Shown here: positions 1-13,151 of the stretch, piece by piece
Position numbering within the stretch: the first letter of the stretch is position 1
Layout of the letters: each line of letters starts with the position of its first letter
Assembly: GCA_963575745.1 (NCBI GenBank)
Contig: CAUYUJ010000141.1
Location: 62,001-117,710, forward strand
Direction of reading: 5' to 3'
DNA: 55,710 bases
From: Prorocentrum cordatum
Taxonomy: Eukaryota
Notes under the pieces: model-generated
What the model was told of the DNA's origin: nothing
Seen by the model: the letters and a program-made list of their open reading frames with translations, nothing else
Database searches by the model: none
Program-made: the position numbers and the translations under genes

Positions 1-349
1 TTCTAGATCGGTTTCTCTAATTATCAGCTCTGTAGATGTCCCAAGTCTCGAGTGAAGTACAGAAAACCGTCAACGCGTGTCAAGATGACTCGAAACGGCC
101 GACAGTTCCCTCAAGTCTTTCGATAGAAATACTGCAGCTACAGACCTGAGAATTTAACTGGCAGACGCGGCATAATCCACTACAGGTGGGAAAAATAGCG
201 GCTCTTAAAGCGAATTTTCAAATTTTACACAGAGACAGAAAAACCGACTCCGAGTCGTCACATTGTCTCATAAGGTCGGGTCGGCCAACTAGCTTCACCC
301 TGCGCCCGAATTCCTCTTAGCTCATCTTGCCGAAGAGATCCACGAGGTA

Positions 350-1144
350 CTGGCGCCGGCGGTGAACCGTCAACCTGGTCACCGCCGGGAACCTCGTAGA
401 GCTCCTCTCACTAGTAAGAGTGCAGAGAATCGAGAGAGAATCAAAAAATGGAGATTTTTCGAAAATCTTGAAATTCGATTTTTTCGATGTTCACATTCGC
501 TCAGTTCCCGGAAGTCAACTCACGCAAAAATGCATCGATAGAGCTGAGCTGCTGTCAGAGAGGAGTTCATATGCCAATGCTCGCGTAAAAATCTGCTTCT
601 TCAAAATAAATGGTCAAATATCTTTGAAATTTTCGCAAAACCACCCAAAAGTTGCCACATTGTCCGCCTCGGCCGGCTGGGCCAACTGGCGCCGGCGGTG
701 AACCGTCAACCTGGTCACCGCCGGGAACCTCGTAGAGCTCCTCTCACTGGTAAGAGTGCAGAGAATCGACACAGAATCCAAAAATTGAGATTTTTCGAAA
801 ATCTTCAAATTCGATTTTTTCGATGTTCATATTCGCTCAGTTCCTGGAAGTCAACTCATGCAAAAATGCATCGCGAGAGCTGAGCTGCTGTTAGAGAGGA
901 GTTTATATGCCAATGCTCGACGTAAAAATCTGCTTCCTCAAAATAAATGGTCAAATATCTTTCAAATTTTCGCAAAACCACCCAAAAGTTACCACATTGT
1001 CCGCCTCGACCGGCTGGGCCAACTAGCTCCACCCCGCGCCGGAATTCCTCTAGCCCAACGATGCCGAAGAGCTCTACGAGGTACTAGCTCCACCCCGCGC
1101 CGGAATTCCTCTAGCTCATCGATGCCGAAGAGCTCTACGAGGTA
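350..1144 (-). mobile_element. Short-family (~398 bp) non-autonomous element, split by a nested copy at 686-1083
   Basis: 350-685 plus 1084-1144 rebuilds one unit, joined at gccaa|ctagctcc, that is near-identical to the intact inner copy. Confidence 0.85.
686..1083 (-). mobile_element. Complete short-family non-autonomous element (398 bp)
   Basis: Runs from the ctggcgccggcggtga hairpin to gagctctacgaggta; its flanks rejoin to the empty site seen in sister copies. Confidence 0.85.
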
Positions 1145-4100
1145 TTACTGGGCGCCGGCGGTAAACCGTCAACCTTTCTTACCGCCGGGGGACTCGTAGA
1201 GCTTCCTGACAATATATAATGTGGAAAAGAATTTCAGAGAACGACTAGTTTTTCAGCCCAAGCGATTATAGACCTCTCAAGATGACTCTAACAAAACAAA
1301 CGAACAGTTTTCCAATCGAGCTCGAGTATGAAACCGAGTTCAGACCTCTGAATGCGACAGGCGGACGCGTCTGATTTCTGCGGATCGATTCCTGTGATTA
1401 CCAGCTCTGCAGCCCCCCATACAGCCTGAGTTAAGTGAAGAAAACCGAGAGTACCTCTCAGGATGACTCGAATAATACAACAGTTTGGCGGATCCCGGTC
1501 GAGCAGCAGACCGAGTTCCGAGCTCTCGATTCGACGAACGGACGCGCCTGATGTCTCGAAATCGATTCCTGTGACCAGCAGCACTGCAGCCCTCCCCCAA
1601 CACGATTTAAGTACAGAAAACCGAGAGCACTTCTCAAGATGACTCGAACAATACCAATAGGTTCGCGAACCTAGCTCGGGGAGCAGGCCCAGTTCAGAGC
1701 TTTTGATTCAACAGACGAACGCGCCTGATAATTCTCAATCGATTTCTGTGATTATCAGCTCTGTGGCTGCCCTACAGATCGAGTTAAGTACGAAAAACCG
1801 AGAGCGTCTGCTACAATGATTCGAATAATACGAATAGGTTTGCGACCCTAGCTCGGCTAGCAGACCGAGTTCAGACCTCTGGATTCAACAGGCGAACGCG
1901 CCTGATCATTCTGAATGCATTAGCTGTGCTGACCAGCTCTGTAGTTGTCCTGAAGCTCGAGTTATCTTGAGAAAACCGACAGCGCGTATCAAGATGACTC
2001 GAAACGGCCGTTCCCGCCTGCCTGCTTTTTGGCCTTCAAAGTTACCCGATCGAGCTGAGATCAAGATGGCGAGCGGGAATAAGATCGAATATCATGGGAA
2101 AAAATACTAGAGCTCTAACGAATGGTCAAATTTTGAGAACAAAATTTTGATCCGACCAAAAGTCACCAAAAGGTCCGTCGAGATTTTTCTTGCCAACTAG
2201 CTCTCCAGCTCCCCGGAATTATGGGAACCGGCGGTAAACCGTCAACCTGGCTGCCGCCGGGGACATAACCCACGCGAAAAATCTGCTTTATCAAAATAAA
2301 TGGTCAAATATCTTTCAAATATTCGCAAAACCACCCAAAAGTTATCACTTTGTCCGTTCTGGCCGGGGCGGCCAACTGGCGCCGGCGGTGAACCGTCAAC
2401 CTGGTCACCGCCGGGCACTCGTAGAGCTCCTCTCACTGGTAAGAGTGCAGAGAATCGACACAGAATCCAAAAATTGAGATTTTTCGAAAATCTTCAAATT
2501 CGATTTTTTCAATGTTCATATTCGCTTAGTTCCTGGAAGTCAACTCATGCAAGAATGCATCAAGAGAGCTGAGCTGCTGTCAGAGAGGATTTTATATGCC
2601 AATGCTCGGCGTAAAAATCTGCTTTCTCAAAATAAATGGTCAAATCTCTTTGAAATTTTTGCAAAACTACCCAAAAGTTACCACATTGTCCGCCTCGGCC
2701 GGCTGGGCCAACTGGGCGCCGGCGGTAAACCGTCAACCTTGGTTACCGCCGGGGGACTCGTAGAGCTTCCTGACAGTATATAGTTTGGAAAAAACTCCAA
2801 AGAACGACTAGTTGTTCAGCCCAAGCGATTTCAGACCTCTCAAGATGACTCTAACCAAAAAACAAACAGTTTCGCAACCCAGTTCGAGTATCGAACCGAG
2901 TTTAGACCTCTCAATGCGACAAGCGGGCGCGTCTGATGTCTGCGAATTCACTCATGTGATTCCCAGCCCTGCAGCCCCCCTACAGCCCGAGTTAAGTGCA
3001 GAAAAACGACAGTATCCACTCGAATAATAGAATAGTTTCGCAACCTAGTTCGTGCAGCAGACCGAGTTCCGAGCTCTGGAATCGACCAACAAACGCGCCT
3101 GATGTGTGCAAACCGATTCCTCTGCCCCGCAGCACTGTAGCCCTCCCCCAGCACGAGTTGAGTGCAGAAAATTGAAAGCACTTCTCAAGATGATTCGGAC
3201 AATACGAATAGATTCGCGAACCTAGCTCGGGCAGCAGGCCGAGTTCAGAGCTCTCGGTTCAATAGACGAACGCGACTGATGATTCCCCATCGGTGTCTGC
3301 GACAATGAGCCCTGTAGCTGCCCTACAGCGAGTTAAGTACAGAAAACCGAGAGCGTCTGTCAAGATGACTCGAATAATACGAATAGGTTTGCGGACCTAG
3401 CTCGGCTAGCAGACCGAGTTCAGACCTCTGGATTCAACAGGCGAGCGCGCCTGATAATTCTGAATCCGATGGATGTGCTTACCAGCTCTGTAGCTGCCCT
3501 ACAGCTCGAGTTAAGTACAAAATACCGACAACGCGTATCAAGATAACTCGAAACGGCCGATCCCGCCAGTGTGCTTTTTGGCAGGAAAAGGTACCCGATC
3601 GAGCTGAGATCAAGATGGCGAGCGGGAATAAGATCGAATATCAGGGAAAAAATACTAGAGCTCAAACGAATGTTCAAATTTTGAGAACAAAATTTTCAAC
3701 CGACCAAAAGTTGTGAAAAGTTCAGTTCTTTTTTTTCGAGCCAACTAGCTCTCCAGCGCTCCGGAACTGGGCGCCGGCGGTAAACCGTCAACCTTCCTTA
3801 CCGCCGGGGGACTCGTAGAGCTTCCTACAGTATATAGTGGAGAAAAATCCAGAGAACGACTAGTTTTCAGCCCAGGCGATTTCAGACCTCTCAAGATAAC
3901 TCTAACAAAAAACAAACAGTTTCGCAACTCAGTTCGAGTATCAGACCGAGTTCAGACCTCTAAATGCGACAGGCGCACGCGTCTGATGTCTGCGAATCGA
4001 CTCATGTGATTACCAGCCCTGCAGCCCCCCTACAGCCCGAGTTAAGTGCAGAAAACCGACAGATCTCTCAGGATGACTCGAATAATACAATAGTTTCGCG

Positions 4101-5324
4101 GACCTGTTTCGAGCAGCAGACCAAGTTCTGAGCTCTCGAATCGCCCAACGAACGCGCCTAATGTGTGCAAATCGATTTCTATGACCCGTAGCATTTTAGC
4201 CCTCCCCCAGCACGAGTTGAGTGCAGAAAATTGAGAGCACGTTTCGGACAATACGAATAGTTTCGCGAACCTAGCTCGGGCAGTAGGCCGAGTTCAGAGC
4301 TCTCGATACAACAGACAAACGCGCCAGATAATTTCCAATCGATTTCTGTGACTACAAGCTCTGTAGCTGCCCTACAGCTCGAGTTAAGTACAGGAAACAG
4401 AGAGCGTTTGTCAAGATGACTCGAATAATACGAATAGATTTGCGAACCTAGCTCGGCTAGCAGACCAAGTTCAGACCTCTGGAGTCAAGGGCCGAGCGCG
4501 CCTGATGATTCTGAATCCGATGGATGTGCTTACCAGCTCTGTAGCTGCCCTGCAGCTCGAATTAAGTACAAAATACCCACCACGCGTATCAACTTGACTC
4601 GAATAATACCAATAGGTTTGCGGACCTAGCTCGGCTAGCAGACCGAGTTCAGACCTATCGATTTAACAGGCGAACGCGCCTGATGATTCTGAGTGCGATA
4701 GGCGTGTTTACCAGTACTCTAGCTGCCCTACAGCTCGAGTTGAGTACAAAATACCGACAACGCGTATCAAGATGACTCAAAACGGCCGATCCCACCAGTG
4801 TGCTTTTTGGCAGTAAAATGTACCCGATCGAGCTGAGATCAAGATGAATATCACGGGAAAAAATACTAGAGCTCAAACGAATGGTCAAATTTCGAGAACA
4901 GAATTTTCAACCGACCAAAAGTTGTGAAAAGTTCAGTTCTTTTTTTTCGAGCGAACTAGCTGTCCGGCGCGCCGGAATTACTGGCGTCGGCGGTGAACCG
5001 TCAATCTGGTCACCGCCGGGAACCTCGTAGAGCTCCTCTCACTCGTAAGAGTGCAGAGAATCGACACAGAATTAAAAAAAAAAAAAAGAGATTTTACGAA
5101 AATCTTGAAATTCGATTTTTTCGATGTTCATATTCGCTCAGTTCCCGGAAGTCAACTCATGGAAAAATGCATCGAGAAAGCTGAGCTGCTGTCAGAGAGG
5201 AGTTCATATGCCAATGCTCGGCGTAAAAATCTGCTTTTCCAAAATAAATGGTCAAATATCTTTCAAATTTTCGCAAAACCACCCAAAAGTTGCCAACATT
5301 GTCCTTTCTGGCCGGGTCGGCCAA

Positions 5325-6959
5325 CTGGGCGCCGGCGGTAAACCGTCAACCTTGGTTACCGCCGGGGAACTCGTAGAGCTTCCAAGCTCGACTTAAGTTG
5401 AGAAAACCGAGAGCACCTACCAACATTCTGACTCATAGGGAATAGTTTTTGACCTCTGAATGCGACAAGCGGACGCGTCTGATCAGACCGACTTCAGACC
5501 TCTCAATGCGACAGGCGGACGCGTCTGATGTCTGCGAATCGATTCCTGTGATTACCAGCTCTGCAGCCCCCCCCCCCTACAGCCCGAGTTAAGTGCAGAA
5601 AACCGACAGCATCTCTCAGGATGACTCGAATAATATAATAATTTCGCAGACCTGTTTCGAGCAGCAGACCAAGTTCTGAGCTCTCGAATCATCCAACGAA
5701 CGCGCCTGATGTGTGAAAATCGATTTCTATGACCCGCGACACTGTAGCCCTCCCCCAGCACGAGTTGACTGCAGAAAATTGAGAGCACTTTTCACGATGA
5801 TTCAGACAATACGAATAGGTTCGCGAACCTAGCTCGGGCAGCAGGCCGAGTTCAGAGCTCTCGATACAACAGACAGACGCGCCCGATAATTCTCAATCGA
5901 TTTCTGTGACTGTAGCTCTGTAGCTGCCTCCAGCTCGAGTTAAGTACAGAAAATACCGAGAGCGTTTGTCAAGAGGACTCCAATAATACGAATAGGTTTG
6001 CGGACCTAGCTCGGCTAGCAGACCGAGTTCAGACCTATGGATTCAACAGGCGAACGCGCCTGATGATTCTGAGTGCGATAGGTCTGCTTATCAGCTCTGT
6101 AGCTGTCCTGCAGCTCGAATTAAGTAAAAAATACCGACAATGCGTATCAAGTTGACTCGAATAATACGAATAGGTTTGCGGACCTAGCTCGGCTAGCAGA
6201 CCGAGTTCAGACCTATCGATCCGACAGGCGAACGCGCCTGGCGATTCTGAGTGCGATAGGTGTGCTTACCAGCACTGTAGCTGCCCTACAGCTTGAGTAA
6301 GTAGAAAATACCGACAACGCGTATCAAGTTGACTCGAATAATACCAATAGGTTCGCGTACCTAGCTCGGGGAGTAGGCCGAGTTCAGACCTATGGATTCA
6401 ACAGACGAACGCGCCTGATGATTCTGAGTGCGATAGGTGTGCTTACCAGCACTGTAGCTGCCCTACAGCTCGAGTTAAAGAGAAAATACCGACAACGCGT
6501 ATCAAGTTGACTCGACTAATACGAATAGGTTTGCAGACCTAGCTCGGCTAGCAGACCGAGTTCAGAACTGTGGATTCAACAGGCGAACGCGCCTGATGAT
6601 TCTGAGTGCGATAGCTGTGCTTACCAGCTCTGTAGCTGTTCTACAGCTCGAGTAAAGTACAAAATACCGACAACGCGTATCAAGATGACTCGAAACGGCC
6701 GATCCCGCCAGTGTGCTTTTTGGCCTTCAAAGTTACCCGATCGAGCTGAGATCAAGATGGCGAGCGGGAATAAGATCGAATATCACGGGAAAAAATACTA
6801 GAGCACAAACGAATTGTTGAATTTCGAGAACATAATTTTCAACCGACCAAAAGTTGTGAAAACTTCAGTTCTTTTTTTTTCGAGCCAACTAGCTCTCCAG
6901 CGCGCCGGAATTACTCTTAGCTTCCAGCTATAACTAGCTAAGGGAAGCTCTACGAGTTA
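5325..6959 (-). mobile_element. Complete long-family non-autonomous element (1635 bp) with internal 178-bp repeats
   Basis: Left end has the hairpin plus aactcgtagagcttcc; right end is ggaagctctacgagtta. Inserted at ccaa|ctagctcc of the short element that starts at 4981. Confidence 0.85.
5620..6700. repeat. Internal 177-178 bp tandem repeat (representative array; present in all long-family copies)
   Basis: The anchor gactcga recurs at 6154, 6331, 6509 and 6687 (spacings 177, 178, 178). Confidence 0.92.
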
Positions 6960-9900
6960 CTAGCTCCGCCCCGCGCCGGAACTGGGCGCCGGCGGTAAAC
7001 CGTCAACCTTGGTTACCGCCGGGGAACTCGTAGAGCTTCCAAGCTCGACTTAAGTTGAGAAAACCGAGAGCACCAACCAACATTCTGACTCATAGTGAAT
7101 ATTTTTTGACCTCTGAATGCGACAAGCGGACGCGTCTGACCAGACCGAGTTCAGACCTCTCAATGCGACAGGCGGACGCGTCTGATGTCTGCGAATCGAC
7201 TCATGTGATTACCAGCCCTGCAGCCCCCCTACAGCCCGAGCTAAGTGGAGAACACCGACAGCATCTCTCAGGATGACTCGAATGATATAATAGTTTCGCA
7301 GACCTGTTTCGAGCAGCAGACCAAGTTCTGAGCTCTCGAATCGACCAACGAACGCCCCTGATGTGTGCAAATCGATTTCTATGACCCGCAGCACTGTAGC
7401 CCTCTCCCAGCACGAGTTGAGTGCAGGAAATTGAGAGCACTGTTCACGATGATTCGGATAATACGAATAGTTTCGCGAACCTAGCTCGGGCAGCAGGCCG
7501 AGTTCAGAGCTCTCGATACAACAGACAAACGCGCCCGATAATTCTCAATCGATTTCTGTGACTGTAGGCTCTGTAGCTGCCTACAGCTCGAGTTGAATAC
7601 AGAAAATACCGAGAGCGTTTGTCCAGATGACTCGAATAATACAAATAGATTTGCGTACCTAGCTCGGCTAGCAAACCGAGTTCAGACCTCTGGATTCGAA
7701 AGGCGAGCGCGCCTGATGATTCTGAGTGCGATAGGCGTGCTTACCAGCACTCTAGCTGCCCTGCAGCTCGAATTGAGTACAAAATACCCACCACGCGTAT
7801 CAAGTTCACTCGAATAATACGAATACGTTTGCGGACCTAGCTCGGCTAGCAGAGCGAGTTCAGACCTATGGATTCAACAGAAGAACGCGCCTGATGATTC
7901 TGGGTGCGATAGGTGTGCTTACCAACACTGTAGCTGACCTACAGCTCGATTTAAGTAGGAAATACCGACAACACGTATCAAGTTGACTCGAATAATACGA
8001 ATGGGTTTGCGAACCTAGCTCGGCTAGCAGACCGAGTTCAGACCTGTAGATTCAACAGGCGAACGCGCCTGATGATTCTGAGTGCGATAAGTGTGCTTAC
8101 GAGCACTGTAGCTGCCCTACAGCTCGAGTTAAGTAGAAAATACTGACAACGCTTATCAAGTTGACTCGAATAATACGAATGGGTTTGCGAATCTAGCTCG
8201 GCTAGCAGACCGAGTTCAGAGCTCTGGCTTCAACAGGCGAACGCGGCTGATGATTCTGAGTGCGATAGCTGTGCTCATCAGCTCTGTAGCTGTCCTAGAG
8301 CTCGAGTTAAGTACAAAATACCGACAACGCGTATCAAAATGACTCGAAACGACCGATCCCGCCAGTGTGCTTTTTGGCAGTAAAAGATAACCGATCGAGC
8401 TGAGATCAAGATGGCGAGCGGGAATAAGATCGAATATCACGGGAAAAAATACTAGAGCTCTAACGAATTGTCAAATCTCGAGAACATAATTTTCAACCGA
8501 CCAAAAGTTGTGAAAAGTTCAGTTCTTTTTTTTCGAGCCAACTAGCTCTCCAGCGCGCCGGAATTACTGGGCGCCGGCGGTAAACCGTCAACCTTGGTTA
8601 CCGCCGGGGAACTCGTAGAGCTTCCAAGCTCGACTTAAGCTGAGAAAACTGACAGCACCTACCAACATTCTGACTCATAGTGAATATTTTTTGATCTCTG
8701 AATGCGACAAGCGGACGCGTCTGATGTCTGCGAATCGACTCCTGTCATTACCAGCCCCGCAGACCCCCTACAGCCCGAGATCAGTGCAGAAAACCGACAA
8801 GATCTCTCAGAATGACTCGAACAATACAATAGTTTCGCGAACCTAGTTCGGGCAGTGAGTTCCGAGCTCTGGATTAGACATGCGAACGCGCATGACCTCT
8901 TTAAATCGATCTCTCAGTACTGTAGCCTCCTCTCAGCGCAAGTTAAGCAAAGAAAACCACTTCTCAAGATGACTCGTCTAATACGAATAATTTCGCGATT
9001 TTAGATCGGGCAGAACACCGAGTTCAGAGCTCTGGATTCGACAGACAAACGCAACTGACGATTCTGAATCAGTTTCTGTAAATATCAGTTCTGTAGCTGT
9101 CTTACAACTCGAGTTAACTACAGAAAACCGAGAGTTTCTGTCAAGATGACTCGAATAATACGAATAGGGTTGCGGACCTAGCTCGGCTCACAGACCGAGC
9201 TCAGACCTTTGGATTCACCAGGCGAACGCGCCTAATCATTCTGAATGCGATGGGTGTGCTTACCAGCTCTGTAGCTGCCCTACAGCTCGAGTTAAGTAAA
9301 AAATACCGACAGTTTCTGTCAAGATAACTCGAATAATACGAATAGGTTTGCGGACCTAGCTCGGCTCACAGACCGAGTTCAGACCTCTGGATTCAACAGA
9401 CGAACGCGTCTACTCATTCTGAATGCGATAGGTGTGCTTGCATGCTCTGTAGCTGCCCTACAGCTCGAGTTAAGTACAAAATACCGACACCGCGTATCAA
9501 GATGACTCGAAACGGCCGTTCCCGCCACAGTGCTTTTTGGCCTTCAAAGTTACCCGATCGAGCTGAGATCAAGATGGCGAGCAGGAATAAGATCGAATAT
9601 CACGGGACAAAATATTAGAGCTCTAACGAATGGTCAAATTTCGAGAACAAAATTTTCACCCGACCAAAAGTCACCAAAAGTTCCGTCGAGATTTTTCTTG
9701 CCAACTAGCTCTCCAGCGCGCCGGAACTGGGAACCGGCGGTAAACCGTCAACCAAGTTACCGCCGGGCACCTCGTAGAGCTCTCTTCTTACACAGCGCTC
9801 CTCCGAACACGTGAAGGAAGCTTCTGAGCGAGAGCCGAAAAAATCGAAAAATACGATTTGTCGGTTTTCATGCAGTGGGTTCCTCCAAGTGTTTTGATAG

Positions 9901-9996
9901 TAATACTGGACCTAGAGCCATAGAAAATTTACCAGAAGGTGCGCCATAGCTTACTACAGGGAATAAAAATCTCACTTCTACAAACGAACTTCAAAA

Positions 9997-10396
9997 CTGG
10001 CGCCGGCGGTGAACCGTCAACCTGGTCACCGCCGGCCGGGAACCTCGTAGAGCTCCTAACACGCGTAAGAGTGCTCAGTATCAAACGAGAGGGCTTCTGG
10101 AAGTTTCTCAGAAAAGAGAAAACATGATTTTTTTCACATCGGCATGAAGTTGGTTCCTCCAAGTGTTTTGATAGTAAGAGTGCATGTAGAGAGCTCATAT
10201 TAAGACGCTGAGGCCATCATAGTTGTCTACAGGTGCGAAAAATCTGCTTTCTCAAAATAAATGGTTAAATATCTTTCAAAAAATCGCAAAACCACCCAAA
10301 AGTTGCCACATTGTCCGCCTCGGCCGGTGGGCCAACTAGCTCCACCCCGCGCCGGAATTCCTCTAGCTCATCGATGCCCAAGAGCTCTACGAGGTA
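9997..10396 (-). mobile_element. Complete short non-autonomous element, second subfamily (400 bp)
   Basis: Same termini, different interior (gcgtRagagYgct...). Sister copies start at 16839, 23410 and 25969. Confidence 0.8.
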
Positions 10397-10792
10397 CTGG
10401 CGCCGGCGGTGAACCGTCAACCTGGTCATCGCCGGGAACCTCGTAGAGCTCCTCTCACTAGTAAGATTGCAGAGAATCGACACAGAATGAAAAAATCGAG
10501 ATTTTTCGAATAAACTTCAAATTTGATTTTTTTCGATGTTCATATTCAGTTCCCGGAAGTCAACTCATGCACAAATTCATCGAGAGAGCTGAGCTGCTGT
10601 CAGAAAGGAGTTCATATGCCAATGCCTGGCGTAAAAATCTGCTTTTTCAAAATAAATTGTCAAATATCTTTCAAATTTTGGGAAAACCACCCAAAAGTTG
10701 CCACATTGTCCTTTCTCGCCGGGTCGACCAACTAGCTCCACCCCGCGCCGGAATTCCTCTAGCTCATCGATGCCGAAGAGCTCTACGAGGTA
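10397..10792 (-). mobile_element. Complete short-family non-autonomous element (396 bp)
   Basis: Both termini present; interior matches 686-1083. Confidence 0.82.
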
Positions 10793-11004
10793 CTAGCGCC
10801 ACCCCGCCCCGGAATTCCTCTAGCTCATCGATAACGCTCTACGAGGTACTCTTAAGCTTCCAGCAACTAGCTTAGGGAAGCTCTACGAGTCACTAGCTCT
10901 CCAGCGCGCCTGAATTACTCTTAAGCTTCCAGCAACTAGCTTAGAGAAGCTCTACGAGTCACTCTCAAGCTTCCAGCAATTGCTGAAGGAAGCTCTACGA
11001 GTCA
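10793..11004 (-). repeat. Stack of displaced 5' termini of nested elements
   Basis: Four consecutive terminal fragments ending in ctctacgaggta or ctctacgagtca at 10848, 10892, 10961 and 11004. Confidence 0.85.
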
Positions 11005-12452
11005 CGTATCCACGCGTGCCTGCACGCTTGGAGGCACGCGCGGACGCTTGCCGGCAGCTCCCGCCGACAAGCTGCCGGCTCAGGCGAGGCACTGCGAGGA
11101 TCGTGGACCGGCCAAGATGGGCTGCTGGCGGCCGAAACCACGCCCGGCTTCTAATCTAAAATCATTTAGCTCTCAAGCCCTCCAGGAAAAACCCGCACAG
11201 CGAACAGACCAATAGAATATTTTTCCTGGAGAGCTCTGGGGCTCCCCAGAAGCGCTTCTCAAGCGCTGGCAGGCACTCCTCAACGCGTGCCTGCCCTCGT
11301 GCACGCACGTGTGGGCGCGTGCCGGAACCTTTCCCGGACTCGCTGCCGGGCCGAACGAACTTGTGCGAGGATTCTGGACCGGCGAAGATAAGCTGCTGGC
11401 GGGCACCACCATCGTCCGGCTTCTAACTTGGTGCCGTCCAAAACCCGGAGAGCGGAGAGAGCCTACGAAACCGGAAACCCTTCCTACGGAGTTCTGGGGG
11501 GCGCCCCTGCAGCTCTTCCGAAGAACTGCCAGGAACGCTTCCACGCGTCCCTGCACGCGGGCAGGCACGCGTGGAAGCTTGCCAGAAGCTCTCCCGGACC
11601 AGCTGACGGCTTAGGCGAGGCGCTGGGAGGATTGTGGACCGGCGAAGATGGGCTGCTGGCGGGCACCACCACCGCCCAGCTTCTAATCTTAAACCCTCTA
11701 GCTCTCAGAGAGCTCTCCGGGAATCTACTTGGTGGCGTCCAAAACCCGGAGAGCAAAGAGGACATACACCGGAAAGAATTCCTGGCAAGCCCACGGAAGC
11801 TCTCGGGAAGCTCTTCGGGGGTTCTGGGGGCTTCCCTGCAGCGTCTCTGAAGCGCTGCCTGGAACGCTTCCACGCGTGCCTGCACGCGTGCAGGCACGCG
11901 TGGAAGCTTGCCGGAAGCTCACCCGGACCAGCTGCCGGGCCAGGCGAGCCGCTGCGAGGCTCGTGAAGCGGCGGAGATGGGCTGCTGGCGGGCACCACCA
12001 CCGCCCAGCTTCTAATCTTAAACCCTCTAGCTCTCAGGCGCTCTCCGGGAAAAACTGCCTGCGCGCTTGCAGGCGCGCGTGGACACATGCCGGAAGCTCT
12101 CCCGGACGGCTGCCGGGACGGGCGAGTTGCTGCGAGGATCGTGGACCGGCGGACTGCTCGCGGGCACCACCACCGTCCAGCTTCTACTTTTAAACCCTCT
12201 AGCTCTCAGAGAGCATTCCGGCAAAGAGATCCTTCGGGACGGGAAATCGGGCACCACCACCGTCCGGCTTCGAATCTTAAACCCTCTAGCTCTCAGTGAG
12301 CTCTCCGGGAATAAATGGTGGAATATCTCTCAAATCTCGAGAAAACCTACCAAAAGTTTTACACTTTGTCCGCCCGGGCCGGGTGGTCTAACTAGCTCCA
12401 CCCCCCGCCGCCATTCCTCTAGCTCATCGATGCCGAACAGCTCTACGAGGTA
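11005..12452 (-). repeat. GC-rich tandem repeat interior of a longer element, ending in a short-family-type 5' terminus
   Basis: The unit ggaccggcgaagatgggctgctggcgggcaccaccaccgcccagcttctaatcttaaaccctctagctctc recurs at about 11106, 11377, 11636, 11965 and 12143. The region ends in ctctacgaggta at 12452. Confidence 0.75.
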
Positions 12453-12455
12453 TAT

Positions 12456-13085
12456 CTGGGAGCCAGCGGTAAACCGTCGACCAGGTTACCGCCAGGAGCC
12501 TCGTAGAGCTCTTGTCTGCAAGACTCTGCTTGGAACACATGGGGAAAGCTTTCTTACGCGTGAGCTAAAAAGCTTGAAAAACTACGTTTTCCAGCTTTCC
12601 CCGAAAGTCGGTTGATTCAAGTGGGGAACCCACAGCACCTCTCAGATCACTCGTATAATACGAAGAGTGTCGCGGATCTAGCTCGAGTAGAAGACCGAGT
12701 TCAGACCTCTCGATGGAACAGACAAACGCGCCTGATGATTCTGAATCGGTTTCTGTAAGTAGCAGCTCTGTACATCTCCTAAATCTTGAGAAGCACAGAA
12801 AACCGTCAACGCGTGTCAAGGTGCTCGAAACGGCCGACGGTTCCCTCAAGTCTTTTGCATAGTAATTTTGCAGCTACGGACCTGAGAATTTCACTGGCAG
12901 ACGCGGCACAAGCCACTACAGGTGAGGAAAATACCGGTTCCCAAAACGAACTGTAAAATTTTGCAGAAGGATTGCAAAACCGACCCAAAGTTACCACATT
13001 GTCTCTTAAGGTCGGGTCGGCCAACTAGCTCCGCCCTGCGCCCGAATTTCTCTTAGCTCATCTTGCCGAAGAGCTCTACGAGGTA
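12456..13085 (-). mobile_element. Complete 630-bp non-autonomous element of a third family (positions 1-349 are a partial sister copy)
   Basis: Degenerate hairpin terminus on the left and gagctctacgaggta on the right; 12740-13085 aligns by eye with 1-349. Confidence 0.78.
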
Positions 13086-13151
13086 TTTTGCATAAAGTGA
13101 AAAACACCGACCCCAGGTTACCACATTCTCTCTTTTCGTCGGGCCAGCCAA

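Noticed and set aside
11685..12295. Telomere-like taaaccct words
   Set aside because: Only single copies inside a longer repeat unit; no tandem telomeric array.
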